Of a stretch of 64,000 nt of DNA, positions 1 to 18,309 are shown in pieces; the first letter of the stretch is position 1; each line of letters opens with the position of its first letter. The position numbers and the translations under genes are program-made. The stretch is taken from NCBI RefSeq assembly GCF_009914755.1, contig NC_060925.1; one strand, written 5' to 3'. The DNA comes from the human T2T-CHM13v2.0 reference genome, Homo sapiens. A model generated the notes under the pieces. It was not told where the DNA came from. It worked only from the letters and a program-made list of their open reading frames with translations, and did not search any database.

Positions 1-1130
1 TATAGGAAATCCTCAAATCAGCCTCCTCAGTCTTTTGTAACTAAAAGCAGAATAAGGAGGACAGGGCTAAGGAGAAAGGGAAATGCAGGGACAAGAGACA
101 GGCTCAACAACTGGCTGCTTTACAAGCTCTCCAGCCCCCTTCAGGTTACCCTAAGGACAGTCCTTCAGGTAACTGTCATTGGTGTGGGAAGCCAGGCCAC
201 TGGAAGGCAAACTGCCCCAATGAGATAAATGGGAAAAAGCCCGGCACAGCTTGCCCCTTTGCCACAAGCTCTGCCACTGGAAAAGAACTGCTCTGACGGC
301 CGAAGGACTGGATCCCAATCCCTGATGGCCTTGAGCTGAAGGAGACCTCTGCTCTGGCTGGCTTCCAAGTCAGACATTGTCATCAGCAAGACAAAGCCAA
401 GGGCAACAGTAGAGGTAGCAAGTAAAATTATACATTTCCCTTTTGGGTTCAAGAGCTGCCTAGTCTATGCTAATCTACTTCTCTAAGCAACTCTTCTCCA
501 AATCCTATCAGGTAACAGGGCAAATGTCACCCTCTCCCTCTAAAAGAAAAGATTCACACCCCTTTAGGACAAAAATATACTTTCCAAAATGGGTGGCTGC
601 TTAATATGTACCCAACCTCTGAATTCACCTTCCTCTCTAATAGCCCTATTTCTCCCAAAAAGCTACCTAAATCTTTAACCGATAACTTCAACCTGTACCA
701 TCCTACTTCAGGGGTTTAAAAATAGCCCACACTTATTTGGATGAGCCCTAGCAAAAATCTAACCGAGCAATCTCTTGAGGGGAAACAACTTCTACAGTAT
801 GTAGATAACCTCCTCATTTGCTTCCCCTTCACAGGACACACACAACAACATGCAGTACAAACCATAAATTCCTAACAGAAGGAAAATAACTTTTCTCTAA
901 TTCAAAGGTTATAAAGGTAAAGAGGTATTTTTGTTAAGGAAGATTATAAAGAAAAGAAATTTTATATGAGAAAGGATCTTTTGTCGTAAATTTGCGTCCT
1001 AAAGAAAAATAACTGATTGTTTAAAAAGAGGGATGCTTAGGACAAGTGAGAAAGTCCAAGCTTTTCATAGATGTTCTGTGTAAGTCATGAAAAGATTTGT
1101 GAAAGGGAATTTATAAAAGAAATATCAAAC
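1..1130 (+). mobile_element. ERV1-class internal remnant (MER4-group-like): gag end, degenerate protease, RT fragment
   Basis: 174-215 reads CHWCGKPGHWKANC (CCHC knuckle). A second knuckle, CPF/CHKLCHWK, is broken by a frameshift at about 260. 694-741 reads CTILLQGFKNSPHLFG and 786-821 reads QLLQYVDNLLIC (RT motifs, with YVDD mutated to YVDN). Stops and frameshifts throughout. Confidence 0.85.
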
Positions 1131-1149
1131 AATTTTGTTTTGTTTTGTT

Positions 1150-1492
1150 TATTTATTTTTACAATTTTTAATTTTTGTGAGTACACAGTAGGCATATATA
1201 TGTATGGCGTACATGAGATATTTTGATACAAGCATACAATGTGTAATAATCACATCAGGATAAATGGGGTATCTATCACTTCAAACATTTATCCTTTCTT
1301 TGTGTTACAATCTAATTATAGTCTTATAGTTATTTTTAAATGTACAATAAATTATTGTTGACTGTAGTTACCCTGTTGTGCTATCAAATACTAGATCTTA
1401 TTCATTCTAACTAACTATATTTTCATATCCAATAACCATCCCCCATTCTACTCCTCCACTACCCTTCCCAGACTCTGGTAACCATCATTCTA
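1150..1492 (-). mobile_element. L1MA-type 3' end fragment
   Basis: Typical reverse L1 3'UTR (gtacatgagatattttgatacaagcatacaatgtgtaataatcacatc...) with a T-rich tail at the left. Confidence 0.8.
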
Positions 1493-2331
1493 ACACAAAT
1501 GTGAATTACAATGTTCTAATGTGAATTTAGAAATGTTTCGCTTCTCAGTAATTTTGTGATATGAACAAACATTACCAAAAACACAAGATTCTATTTTTCT
1601 AGTAAAATACCCTATGGTAGAATTTCAAATATCATGTTGGATTCTTTTCGTGTTTATTTGGATGAAAATAAGGTATGTTAAGTAAGTGTAATTATCTCAT
1701 TTTTATACTGCTTGTATACTTTCTTGAGAAGTTCAGAACTATTTCTTCTCTGATAAAGATAATAACGTTATATATACTTTCACAAAGAACAAGCATGGTT
1801 TTTAACCTGTTAAATTGAAATTCATACTACTAAATAAATGAATAAATAAGTAAATAAATAGAGGAAGCAGTGGAACTTCTTTCTTACAGTAGAATACCAA
1901 GTAATTAATGTAGAAGGAATGATGAAAATAGCAAACCACCATATGACACTATTATGGTTATAATTTATTCAGATAGGGATCATCCACAAATATTAAGGCT
2001 GATGGGTAGAAGTTGTTAAGGATCAGGATTTTAGCATAATTTTAGAAAATCTCCCCACAAAATGCTTATCAATTGCAAAGGTGAAAATGGTGACTCAATG
2101 GAGGAGAAATATGGAAGACACCAACATGACCAAGCAATCAAGATTAACATCACCAGTGATGAGACAAGACCACATCATATGCTGTAATGTGCAGAGCCCA
2201 GGATCCTGTCCATCATTTTCCTGTCAAGAAATCATGGCGAGGTCTGACCAAAATGAAATATTAGATGGAACCAGGTCTAGGGCCATCCTACATAACAAAA
2301 GGCCTGCACTCTTAAAAACTGAAGGATGTGG

Positions 2332-2632
2332 GGCCAGTTGCAGTGGGTCGTGCCTGTAATCCCAGCACTTTGGGAGGCCAAGGTGGGTGGATCACTTGAG
2401 CCCAGGAGTTTGAGACCAGCGTGAGCAACTTGAAACTCTGTTCTACAAAAAAAAGCAAAAATTAGCCGAGTGTGGTGGCACACGCCTGTAGTCCCAGATA
2501 CTCGGGAGGCTGAGGTAGGAGGATCACCTGAGCCTGGAGAAGTCAAGGCTATAGTGAGCCATGATCACCCCACTGTACTCCAGCCTGGGTGACAGAGTGA
2601 GACTGTCTCAAAATAAAAACAAAAACAAAAAA
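2332..2632 (+). mobile_element. Alu (AluJ-like)
   Basis: Dimeric Alu with A tail; TSD gaaggatgtgg on both sides. Confidence 0.93.
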
Positions 2633-2861
2633 CGGAAGGATGTGGAAGACAGGGAAACACTAAGAAATTATTCCATATTGAAGGGAATCTCCTTCCTTCT
2701 ATTCGGACATGTGACAACTAAATGTAATGCATGCTCCTGGACTGGATCCTGGACCTGAAAGGGAAAAGAGACATGATGGGCTGAGCCAGCAAAATTTGAA
2801 TGGGATCTGTGGATTGGGTAGCAGTGTTGTGCCCATGTTTATTTCTGCCTTGGAGGGTTTG

Positions 2862-3320
2862 TATAAGTTTTCTAGCACTGTCATAACAAATTACCGCAAA
2901 CCACATGGCTTTAAACAACAGAAATGTATTATCTTGAAGTTCTGGGGGCTAGAAGTCCAAAATCAAGGTGTCAGTAAGCTTGGTTCCTTCCGGAGACTCT
3001 GATGGAGAAAGCGTCCCATGCCTTTCTCCTTGCTTCTGGTGGTTGCTGGCAATACTTGGGGTGCCTTTGTTTGTGGCAGCAGATCCCCAACCTCTGCTTC
3101 CATCTTCACATAGCTATCTGTGTGTCTCTGTGTCTCTCTTCGTCCTCACCTTTTCTTATGAGGACACCAGTCTATGGGATTCAGGGCCCACCTTAATCCT
3201 TGGACGGATTCAATTGGAGATCCTTCATTACATCTGTAATGACCCTATTTCAAAATAAAGTCACATTCTGAGGTTTCAGGAGGATGTGAATTTGGGGGGA
3301 ACACTTTTCAGCCATTACAG
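2862..3320 (-). mobile_element. MLT1 (MaLR) LTR
   Basis: ataacaaattaccgcaaac...aaacaacagaaatgtatt...ggctagaagtccaaaatcaaggtgtcag is the MLT1 reverse-strand signature. Confidence 0.85.
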
Positions 3321-3435
3321 GGTTATATCTAAAAATATATTCTGGAGTGTTTAGAGGTGCTGGATCTTATGATTGCAGCTTGCTCTCAAATGGTTCAGAA
3401 AATGATAAAAGGGGATTCAAGAGTTCTTTGTGTAC

Positions 3436-4247
3436 TGTTGAAAGACAAAATTACAATAAATTTAGTTTAAAGATCTTAACTGGCTTTTACATATGATTCT
3501 AAAATCCAGCTACACCTCATTCCTCATTCTATATAATAGAATGAGTGCTCCAATAAGCAGATGATATGGTTTGGCTGTGTCCCCACCCAAATCTTATCTT
3601 GAATTGTAGCTCCCATAATTCCCACGTGTTGTGGGAGGGACCCAGTGGGAGGTAATTGAATCATGGGGACGAGTTTTCCCATGCTGTTCTCGTGATAGTG
3701 AATAAGTCTCATGAGATCTGATGGTTTTATAAAGGGCAGCTCCCCCTGCACACACTCTCTTGCCTGCCACCATGTAAGATGTGCTTTTGTTCCTCCTTTA
3801 CTTTGCGCCATGATGGTGAGGCCTCCTCAGCCATGTGGAACTGTGAGTCCATTAAACCTCTTTTTCTTTATAAATTACCAAGTCTCAGGTATGTCTTTAT
3901 TAGCAGTGTGAGAACAGACTAATATAGCAGAGCAGAGGAGGTTGGCTTTATAGACAGAAAAGGGCTAAGGAAAGCAGAAACAGAACAAAAAGTGGATTGG
4001 TTTTTTCAAACTTACTTTCCTTGTAAAGATTAAAGTAGGGAGGCTTCCTTGTCATGCCAACTAAAGTGTCTGGGGATTTGGCTATTATCTCTCTCACTCC
4101 TGATTTCTCAGAAGGTCAGATGAACAACTTAGTTTCAGCTTGGGGACATGGCACTTCAACATATGGGACTCTGTTTTGGTTTGGTCATTGGGTCTAGTAC
4201 AGGAGCTCAGTCCAAACCATATGGCCTCCCATAAATTTTATTTAACA
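3436..4247 (-). mobile_element. ERV1 solo LTR (MER4 group), split by THE1
   Basis: TGT...ACA termini with a 4-bp TSD, GTAC (3432-3435 and 4248-4251). Confidence 0.8.
3562..3926 (+). mobile_element. THE1 (MaLR) solo LTR
   Basis: Starts tgatatggtttggctgtgtcccc and ends agactaatata; 5-bp TSD GCAGA (3557-3561 and 3927-3931). Confidence 0.95.
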
Positions 4248-4294
4248 GTACTGTTCTTGCAACTTTTCTATACACTTAAAACTATTTCAAGATA

Positions 4295-4953
<659 letters not shown>

Positions 4954-5499
4954 TGTGTAGATTTTTTAAACCTGTTATTGAAATTATTTGAAGGTTTTCA
5001 TTGGGAAACATTTGGGAGAGAACAAGGCAAGATTTCAAATGTTTGCACATCCACGGGTTCTGCCACTGTCTTGTTGGCAGACAGGGACCTTGTTTTGTCC
5101 CTGGGTCCCTGCAGATTGGGGGTGGCCCTCCTCGAATGAGTAGTGAGAGCTCCCAGTCTTTTTATCTAAATGCTTTGTTCTTTGTCATTTCATTGCTCTT
5201 CAGGAGACTTGAGTGTTGATTTGGGGTGGATAAGATACCTCTGCAGAGGGAGCTGATCTAGAAATTGGTCGTGACCATGAGAGGCTTTGTTCAAGTCAAA
5301 TGGAGGATTGGAAGTCTTGTCTATGTCATAGAACCAAGAACCCAGTGCTGAGCTCCCAGGGCTAGGACTGTTGACTCTGGAGAAATCCACATCCATGCAT
5401 AGTTCTGAGGACTGCCCATTGCCCTGTATGTTGAATGACTTCAGATTTTTTTAAAAATTCAACTTTAGAGTTACATTTAGTCTTATCACTCTTACTCCA

Positions 5500-5896
5500 T
5501 CTTTCCTGGTTTTCTTTTCTCTTCTCTTTCTTCCTTCTTCCTTTTTCCCTCTTCCCTCTTCCTCCTCCTCTTCCACTCCTTCTCCTTCTCTTTCTTTCTC
5601 CTTCTCCTTCTTTTTGAAACACTGTCTCACTCTGTTGCCCAGGCTGGAGTGCAGTGGCACAAACGTGGCTCACTGCAGCCTTGACCTCAAGGGCTCAAGC
5701 AATCCTCTCACCTCAGCCTCCCGTGTAGCTAGGACTACAGGTGTGCACCACCATACCTGGCTAATTTTTAATTTTTTGTAGAAACAGGGGCTCACTGTAT
5801 TGCCCAGGCGGATCTCAAACTAGTGGGCTCAAGCAATCCTCCTGCCTCAGCCTCACAAGGTGCTGGGATTACAGGCATGAGCCACCACGTTCAGCT
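5500..5896 (-). mobile_element. AluJ-like element with a CT-rich degenerate tail (5500-5614)
   Basis: Reverse Alu body; a low-complexity pyrimidine tract replaces the tail. Confidence 0.88.
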
Positions 5897-6124
5897 TTCT
5901 TTCCTTTTTATTCCTATCAAATAAAGTAAAATGCAATTCCTTTTTGCCTATTACATATATTTCTAATCTCAATCTAAAATCTGTCTCCTCATTTTTCAAG
6001 CTTTTAATTTAGCTAATAAAAGCTTTTACCTTTTATTTCTTCCACTTTAAATCTAAAGCATTTCAACTTATATCTTTCATTACCTTTCAGATTTAGTAGG
6101 TTATTTATTTTATTTTTTAGATTT

Positions 6125-7024
<900 letters not shown>

Positions 7025-7323
7025 TAACCCGTAATCTTTCCTCAAGCTCCCACAGTCCCTTTATTAGCATGCCCTAATTTCCTTTCCCTTTCCTTCCTCC
7101 TCTCATACAGTGATTGGCTTTGACAATGTCTGTAAAGGAGGGTGGTCTCAGGGGCGTTAGGAGTTCGGAGCTGATGACATGGAAGAGGTTTTCTCCTCTG
7201 ACTGTCTCCAAACCTGCCAGCCTGGCTCGCACGATGGCCCCAGAGCATCTTGGAGGATGCCTCAGAACCTTCGGCCTGCATTTGAAGGCTTCATCTATTC
7301 CAGGGCCATAATTCTCTCTGAAC

Positions 7324-7729
<406 letters not shown>

Positions 7730-7959
7730 TATTGTTTCTGTCTTACATAATCCAGTCCCTTGTGTTTTAAAATCAGTGGTGTTCAATATCTAACTCTATG
7801 TTGTTCAACAATCCACACCGATGACATAGCATGTACATCATGAGCCAGAGAATGTGGTCCAGGAGCTTACAGCACAGCAGCTTGGCCTGGCGGCAGGTGG
7901 CCCGGGGCCCTGAAGCTTGGAGAGGGTCTCTGTAGGTGCACTACGGGAGGCTTGTTTTC

Positions 7960-9589
<1,630 letters not shown>

Positions 9590-9590
<1 letters not shown>

Positions 9591-10330
9591 TTAAAAATGT
9601 ACCAAGGAATTGTTTTATTCAGGTACGGTGGGACAGCAGACATGGAAATGATTGTCAGGAAGGAAGTTCATACTCACACATCCCTGAAACACGAGGCACA
9701 GCACACCATGCAGGGCCAATAGGGAAGGACCAGGGATGCTCAGGAGTGATAAGAAGAGGGAGGGCAGGCCCAGAGCCTTTCTTGGGGTTTTCTCAGGAAA
9801 GCATGGGTGAGGCAGGGTAAGGATGCAAAGTAAGTATAGTGTTGGATAGTTTGAATAATTTCAACTGGCTCTGGGCTACGGCTACGGGGTGATCCCCATT
9901 TGTCCAGTGACTGCCCTGGGGCAATTTAGGGCAAGGGGAATATTAGCTTGGTGTGTGAGAGTTTTTCTGTTTTTTGGTTTTTTTTTGAGGCAGGGTCTCA
10001 CTATGTTGCCCAAGCTGGAGTGCAGTGGCTAACCACAGGCACAATCAGAGCACATGGCAGCCTCAAACTCCTGGGCTCAAGGGATCCTCCTGCCTCCGCC
10101 TCCCAAGTACCTGGGACTGCAGGCATGCACCACCATGCCAGGCTGGTGTGTGAGAGTCTGATAAAAGAGATGGCTGAGGGTGTGGCTCTGGATTGGCTGG
10201 TTTGTATATGAAATGCATGCTCACAGGGATGTCGCTTGCTATCCCTAGGAATTAGCTGGCCCTGGGAGCCTCTCCAGGATGAAGGCCCCAAATGCCAGAG
10301 CATTAAGAGTACAGAAAGTAAGAAAAAACA
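9590..10330. mobile_element. ERVL-type solo LTR (MER68/MER76-like)
   Basis: Contains the tagtttgaataatttca...ggctctggg...ctgccctggggcaatttagggca block; interrupts the gag remnant. Confidence 0.55.
9962..10143 (-). mobile_element. Monomeric Alu (FRAM/right-arm-like)
   Basis: Single arm with TSD ggtgtgtgagagt. Confidence 0.85.
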
Positions 10331-10719
10331 GTCAGTACCACCCCCAACCTCCCACCCTAACCCCACTCCCTGATTCTGCACTCTCAGAGCCCAGCCCTGT
10401 CTGCGCTCTGCTGGATCCTGCCCACTGAGGTAAGCTTGGCCCTGCAGCCCCTTCAGTGTATCGCTCTTTTTCTCCCTTCACAGGTCCCGCATCTCCCCAG
10501 GTGGGTTATAGAATATAGTTATTGGCCTAATGGTCAAGAGGGCAGGTAAGGACAGACCCTGAAGAGGGTGCCTGCTGTCTTGCAGGGACATGGCCGCTGC
10601 ACTGTGTTCAAATAAATGGGGTGGGTGCTAGCCCTTAGTATGGAGGAGGGAGCCATTCCCTAGGCTCAAAGGGTTCTGGGGAATCAGGATTTTCAAGCAC
10701 ATGGACACAAGTGTTTCAA

Positions 10720-11245
10720 TCTCATATCTCCAGGTTCCACTTTCTGCTCATCAGAGCCCCGACCTGGGCAAAGCAGACCTACCCAGGATGAGAGTTTAAC
10801 ACTTTCTAGAATTCTGCTACTCTTATGATTAAAAACTGGGCCTGATCCTCAGCTTTTTCTGCTCTCTGGTGACTGGAGATGGGGATTCCCTTATACGTTG
10901 CCAAGAAGGTCTCTGGTTTTCATACCTAGCTGGTGATTTGTGCATTCACTGCCAGCCTTTCATTTTTCGAAGCGGCAGTTCCCCTGCAACAGTCATCCAA
11001 TTCCACTGTCCTTCATTCCCCCCACGTTTCTCAAATGTCTAATACATTTCGATGGCTACTGTATTCCCCTCCACTCATTTGCCATCCAAATTCACTACTG
11101 GCAGAAGTTTTAACAATTGCACTGCTGCCTTTTCCTAGGGCTAGGCTGTGCCTCATCTACCAGCGGTTATGAAGTCCTCATTGCCAACCAGAAACACAGG
11201 TGACTCAGCTGCAGAATCCCATCTTAGCATCTGCTTTCTTGGAAT
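10720..11245 (-). mobile_element. ERVL internal 5' (leader/gag N-terminal) remnant
   Basis: Sequence style (ccaattccactgtcctt..., agaatcccatctt) and position between the gag remnant and the LTR. Confidence 0.5.
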
Positions 11246-11261
11246 ATTACTTTTGAAATTA

Positions 11262-11397
11262 AGTTTTTAAAATTATCTGTAGAGGCAGGGTCTCCCTATG
11301 TTGCCCAGGCTGGTCTCAAACTCCTGGGCTCAAGCCCTCCTCCTGCCTCAGCCTCCCAAAGTGTTGGAATTGCAGGTGTGAGCCACTGCAGCAGGCC
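11262..11397 (-). mobile_element. FLAM/Alu left monomer
   Basis: Single reverse arm. Confidence 0.85.
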
Positions 11398-11424
11398 ATG
11401 TTGAAATATCCTTGATATCACCAG

Positions 11425-11770
11425 TTACAGGTTGCTTCCTGGGGAAACAGGCTCTGAGATGGAAGTTAGCATGCAGGACGCCTGCTAGAGTGCTCTTGGG
11501 ATTAACACCCCAGGAGAAAGGGTGACCTCAGCTGACCCCATGGGCCTTCAGAGTTGTCATGAGTTGGGGCACGGGGTCCGAGCCCTTACACCTCTGCAAT
11601 GAACAGTCATAGGATACCGACTGCCCTCACAAGAGGACATGACCTTAAGCAAGAGGATCTCTGCAGCCAAGAGCAATTTCTGGAGAGGACAGACAGCTGA
11701 AGGCTGTCAGCCAGCAGCACTCCCAGAGTCCCTCAGATTTGCCGGGCAATCTGGATGGTGCACTACACCT
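11425..11770 (-). mobile_element. ERVL LTR (LTR33/LTR41-like)
   Basis: ggaaacaggctctgagatggaagttagcatgcagg...gtgctcttgggattaacacc motif. Confidence 0.6.
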
Positions 11771-12114
11771 CCCAGACCTTGCAATCTGGGCATGATTTAT
11801 CTTAACGTACTCATCACCCATCAAGGTGCATGCTGCCTGCTTGGACATATGGTCTCTCTTTTATGATTATTTAAGCTGTACTTACATTTCATGCTTCATG
11901 GCAGAATTATTTAACTTAAGGGCCTTAAATATCAGGATTTGTGGTGGGCCCAAAAGGCAAGGAATGGCATGGGGAACACTGTCTCCCCATGGGTCGTTTT
12001 TCTAGAGACAAATATACTAACCTAGATGGAATAATTCTCACACTGACTTTAGAACAGAATCTGTAAGTTCAGGGTACAGAAGGTTGATCATTTTGGTTAG
12101 AAATACTTGAGAGG

Positions 12115-12449
<335 letters not shown>

Positions 12450-12579
12450 CTACTCACCACGAATCTGGAAGAACGATGTGACACTGCATTAAATTTAACA
12501 TTTCACCTTGGTAGCTATGCCAATCACTTGGTAAGTTAGTTACCATTTGAGGTTCTAAAAGTAGGTAAAAAGTGAATGA

Positions 12580-12680
12580 GCCAGGCTCAGTGGCCGAGGC
12601 TGAGGCAGGAGGATCACGTGAGGCCAGGAGTTTAAGACTAGCCTGGGCAACACAGCAAGACCCCATCTCTTAAAAAAAAG
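12580..12680 (+). mobile_element. FLAM-like monomer with an internal deletion
   Basis: Short Alu arm with A tail. Confidence 0.75.
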
Positions 12681-13431
12681 AATGAAACCACCCTTCAACC
12701 ATTCTGGTTCTATTCATAAAAGAGTTTTGTGGGGAGGGATAGTTCCTTTTCACAGAGGGCACTGATTAAAAAGCATTGATCAATAATCAATGATTATTCA
12801 TTTATTCATTTCGGACCTGGCTAGGCCTTAACGGTATTTTTTACAGGAAGTCTTTGCCACAGAGGAATTTGGCCTATGATTTCACAGCCACTGATAGGGC
12901 GTCCAGGTTGCTTGGTTTCAGTTGGGCTAGGCCATCCCAGGTGTGAATAAAAAGAAATGGTCTCAAAGTTCAGCCTAAACCCATGGGCCGTGAGGCTGCA
13001 CGGGGCCATTTTCACTCCCAAGACTGGAATACTGTGTGTATGGGAGCCATTGTCCGTCATGGTCTACAGCGATTCCAGTGCCTGCAGTTGGACTGATGTT
13101 CCCAGGGTGCTCAGTGCAGTTAACATCAGCCTGTGTGCAGGGAAGCCCAGAGAGGAGGCCTGAGTTTGTGGTTTGGGGTTTTGTTTTGTTTTGTTTCATT
13201 TTGCTTTTAAGTCAGAAGAAAAATAAATCAATTTTTTAATTAAATGTTATCACTACAAGAGTGTAGTAATCTGCTTAAGACTACCTTGTGATTTCCCTCT
13301 CTCCCAAGGTTCTTAACAGTAAAAGAACATTGGTTTTTGAAGATAGAAAAGAGAGGGAGGTCTAGGTTGTGAGTTGCATGAATCCCATTTGCACATTCTT
13401 ATGCCTCTGAGGTACAGAGGCGTTTATACTT

Positions 13432-13733
13432 GAGGGTGGCAAGATTTAACAAATAAAAATACAGGTGCCAATATTTAATTCAAATTAAACTTGAATTTCA
13501 CATAAATAATGAACAAGTTTTGGCATAAGTATATCAAATAAAAGTTTAACAAATATTTAACAAATAAAAATTTAACAAATAAAAATACGGGTGCCAATAT
13601 TTAATTCAAATTAAACTTGAATTTCACATAAATAATGAACAAGTTTTGGCATAAGTATATCCCAAATACTGCATGGCATCGTGCAGAGTGTGTTCCAGAT
13701 CTTGCAGGGGCCTGTATTTTATCTGGCAACTCT
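13432..13733. mobile_element. MER53 hAT DNA transposon with an internal duplication
   Basis: Termini agggtggcaagattt... and ...tatctggcaactcta match the MER53 TIRs. Confidence 0.8.
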
Positions 13734-14471
13734 ATTGTCTTTTCAAGTGAAAACTGTGTGGTTATGCAAAGGACCTTGCAAGGCGAGGGGACCAGCAATT
13801 TGCCTGCCCATGACAATCTGAAAAGGGGTAGTGAGCTCCAAGAACTGTGATAGGAGGGATAACAAAGAGGAAGACAGCTCAACAAAATCAAACCATCTCG
13901 TCAAATACAAATAAATGTAAAAGGGAGTTTACAAAATTCTATCAGTCAAAACACACTGATAGAATTGAGTTGGCAGACAACTGAAACAACATGCAATTGA
14001 CGGCTTACAATGAACAAGCCATGATTTACAGTCCAAGAGGAGCAGGATGAGGCACGATGGTGGTGGCCATGTTGATTTCCGGTGAGAAATGGAGGAAGTT
14101 AATGTTGGCCTGTGGTTTTAGAATTTGTAAAGGTTGAGCAAGCCTCCACTGTGATGACTTTACTCTCTGTGGGAAGACTGTTGCTCCATGAGAGAGGCCC
14201 TGACTCAGTGCAGAAGGGAGATGAGAAGAAGAATATAAAAGACATTAAGAAATGACAGCCCTGAGGAAGGCAATCATGACATCCAACCTACAAATCCTCT
14301 GAAAACTTAAACTTGCCTTCCCCGGCCAGGACGCAGGCCAATGTATATTCACACACATCAGGGGTTTCCCTGATTTCTAAGTCCCTGAAGAGGCTCAGTG
14401 GTGTTCTCAGTTCTAGGTGTGATTTGACAAATTTCTAATGAGAAAATTATACATGAAAGTGTTATTTTTGA

Positions 14472-15067
<596 letters not shown>

Positions 15068-15179
15068 GCGTTATTTTAAAAAAAGCTCTTGCACCTCAGT
15101 TTTTATTATTTGCAAATCCCTACTTCACTCTGACTTTTGATCACAAACTTTCATTGCATTGAATATAGAATCTAATTCA

Positions 15180-15510
<331 letters not shown>

Positions 15511-15602
15511 ATTTGTGTCTAACATGCTCTTCTATGACTCCATGATTATGGAAAGTGAATTTTCTGATGGCCCAGTCTACATTTAGGAGAGGATATTCAA
15601 CC

Positions 15603-15916
15603 TTTTTATTTATTATTTATTTATTTATTTTAATTTTTTTGAGATGGAGTCTCGCTCTGTTTCTCAGGCTGGAGTGCAGCAGTGCCATCTCAGCTCACTG
15701 CAACCTCCGCCTTCTGGGTTCAAGTGACACTCCTGCCTCAGCCTCCTGAGTAGCTGGGATTACAGGTATCCACCACCACATCTGGCTAGTATTTTTAGTA
15801 GAGATGGGGTTTTGCCATGTTGGCCAGTCTGGTCTTGAACTCCTGACATCAAGTGATCCGCCCGCTTAGGCCTCCCAAAGTGCTGGGATTACAGGCATTA
15901 GCCACCGTGCCCGGCC
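15603..15916 (-). mobile_element. AluS-like element
   Basis: Reverse Alu. Confidence 0.93.
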
Positions 15917-16024
15917 TCAATCTTTCTATTTAAAAGCGTCATTATTCCTTATTCAGAAAATAGGGTGATAACTGTAGCACCTTCCAAGTACAACCATAAA
16001 TAGGATATTACCAGAAAGTGATTA

Positions 16025-16905
<881 letters not shown>

Positions 16906-17474
16906 AAATAGAAATAAACGTGTTATTATCATTCACAAATCTGGGTAATGTTCCTTGTGTGGGAAAATAGAAACATAAAGTAAAACACCTTAAAAGAAAT
17001 GACTTTCAACTCTCTCTCTACCTTCTCTAGATTTTCTCTGTTCCTAGGTTTGGTTGAACTCTGGGGTTTTTAGGAGAGACCCACTAAGACTGGAAGCAGT
17101 ATTTGTACAAAACCACAGCTCTTAATAATCCACACCAGCATAATTTCTCACTTGAATTCTTTTCCTTTTTCCTCTTGCACTTAGGCCAGTTGAACTGGTT
17201 TGCCCAGCTTGGAATTATTCATAAATTTTTGATTAGCTTTTGAGAAGGCATTTAAAAAGCAGTAGCAAGACGGACGGTGGAAAGACTGGACAAGACCACC
17301 TTTAAGTGTGGAGAATATCCACTGTCCAAACTCTGCGGCAATCAGAGGAACATTGGTAGTGAACCATTCAAAAAACTCATGAATCAGAGATGATGGCTAC
17401 AGAAGCACATTTATTTATTCAAACATTTCTTTAGTGGTTTTAAAAACAAAGTTTGTTTTCTAGTTGGAGAACAT

Positions 17475-17512
17475 ACCACAACTATGACTCAGTCCTGACT
17501 CAGAGCTTCCTG
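17475..17512. promoter_or_regulatory. RUNX / AP-1 / AP-1 / ETS motif cluster (enhancer candidate)
   Basis: ACCACA 17475-17480, TGACTCA 17485-17491 and 17496-17502, CTTCCTG 17506-17512. Confidence 0.45.
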
Positions 17513-17790
17513 ACCAGTCGACTTTTAGGAGAGAAAAAAACAATTCAGGCTGGTGAAGGCGGAGTCACATTGATTTGGCTTCCACAAACCTGATTAAAGC
17601 AGCCTTCTTCCAACAGAAAGTGTGACTTTTCTTCATCATTTCCTTGTTTACTTTCTTTCTTTTATTTTTTTAAAAAGTACATCCCTTTTGGAGGAATTTC
17701 AAGAAAGTTTCAAAGTTGAGCCAAGTATGCTCCTTGTGCCCCCATTCCCACATCTATAAAATGATGAGGATTAAATAATCAAATCCATGA

Positions 17791-18270
<480 letters not shown>

Positions 18271-18309
18271 CATACTGGTTGTTAAAGGTTAAATCATGTC
18301 CTTCTCACC

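Larger units (their letters stand above)
1830..4290 (+). mobile_element. Old L1MC/L1ME 3' region, interrupted by Alu, MLT1 and an ERV1 LTR
   Basis: L1M 3'UTR-like blocks at about 1830-2330, 2633-2860, 3320-3435 and 4248-4290, which join up when the inserts are removed. Confidence 0.6.

Noticed and set aside
10341-10370. G-quadruplex-like C-runs including CCCTAACCC (also G-runs at about 61410-61441)
   Set aside because: A single telomere-like unit and generic G4 potential are common; there is no supporting context.
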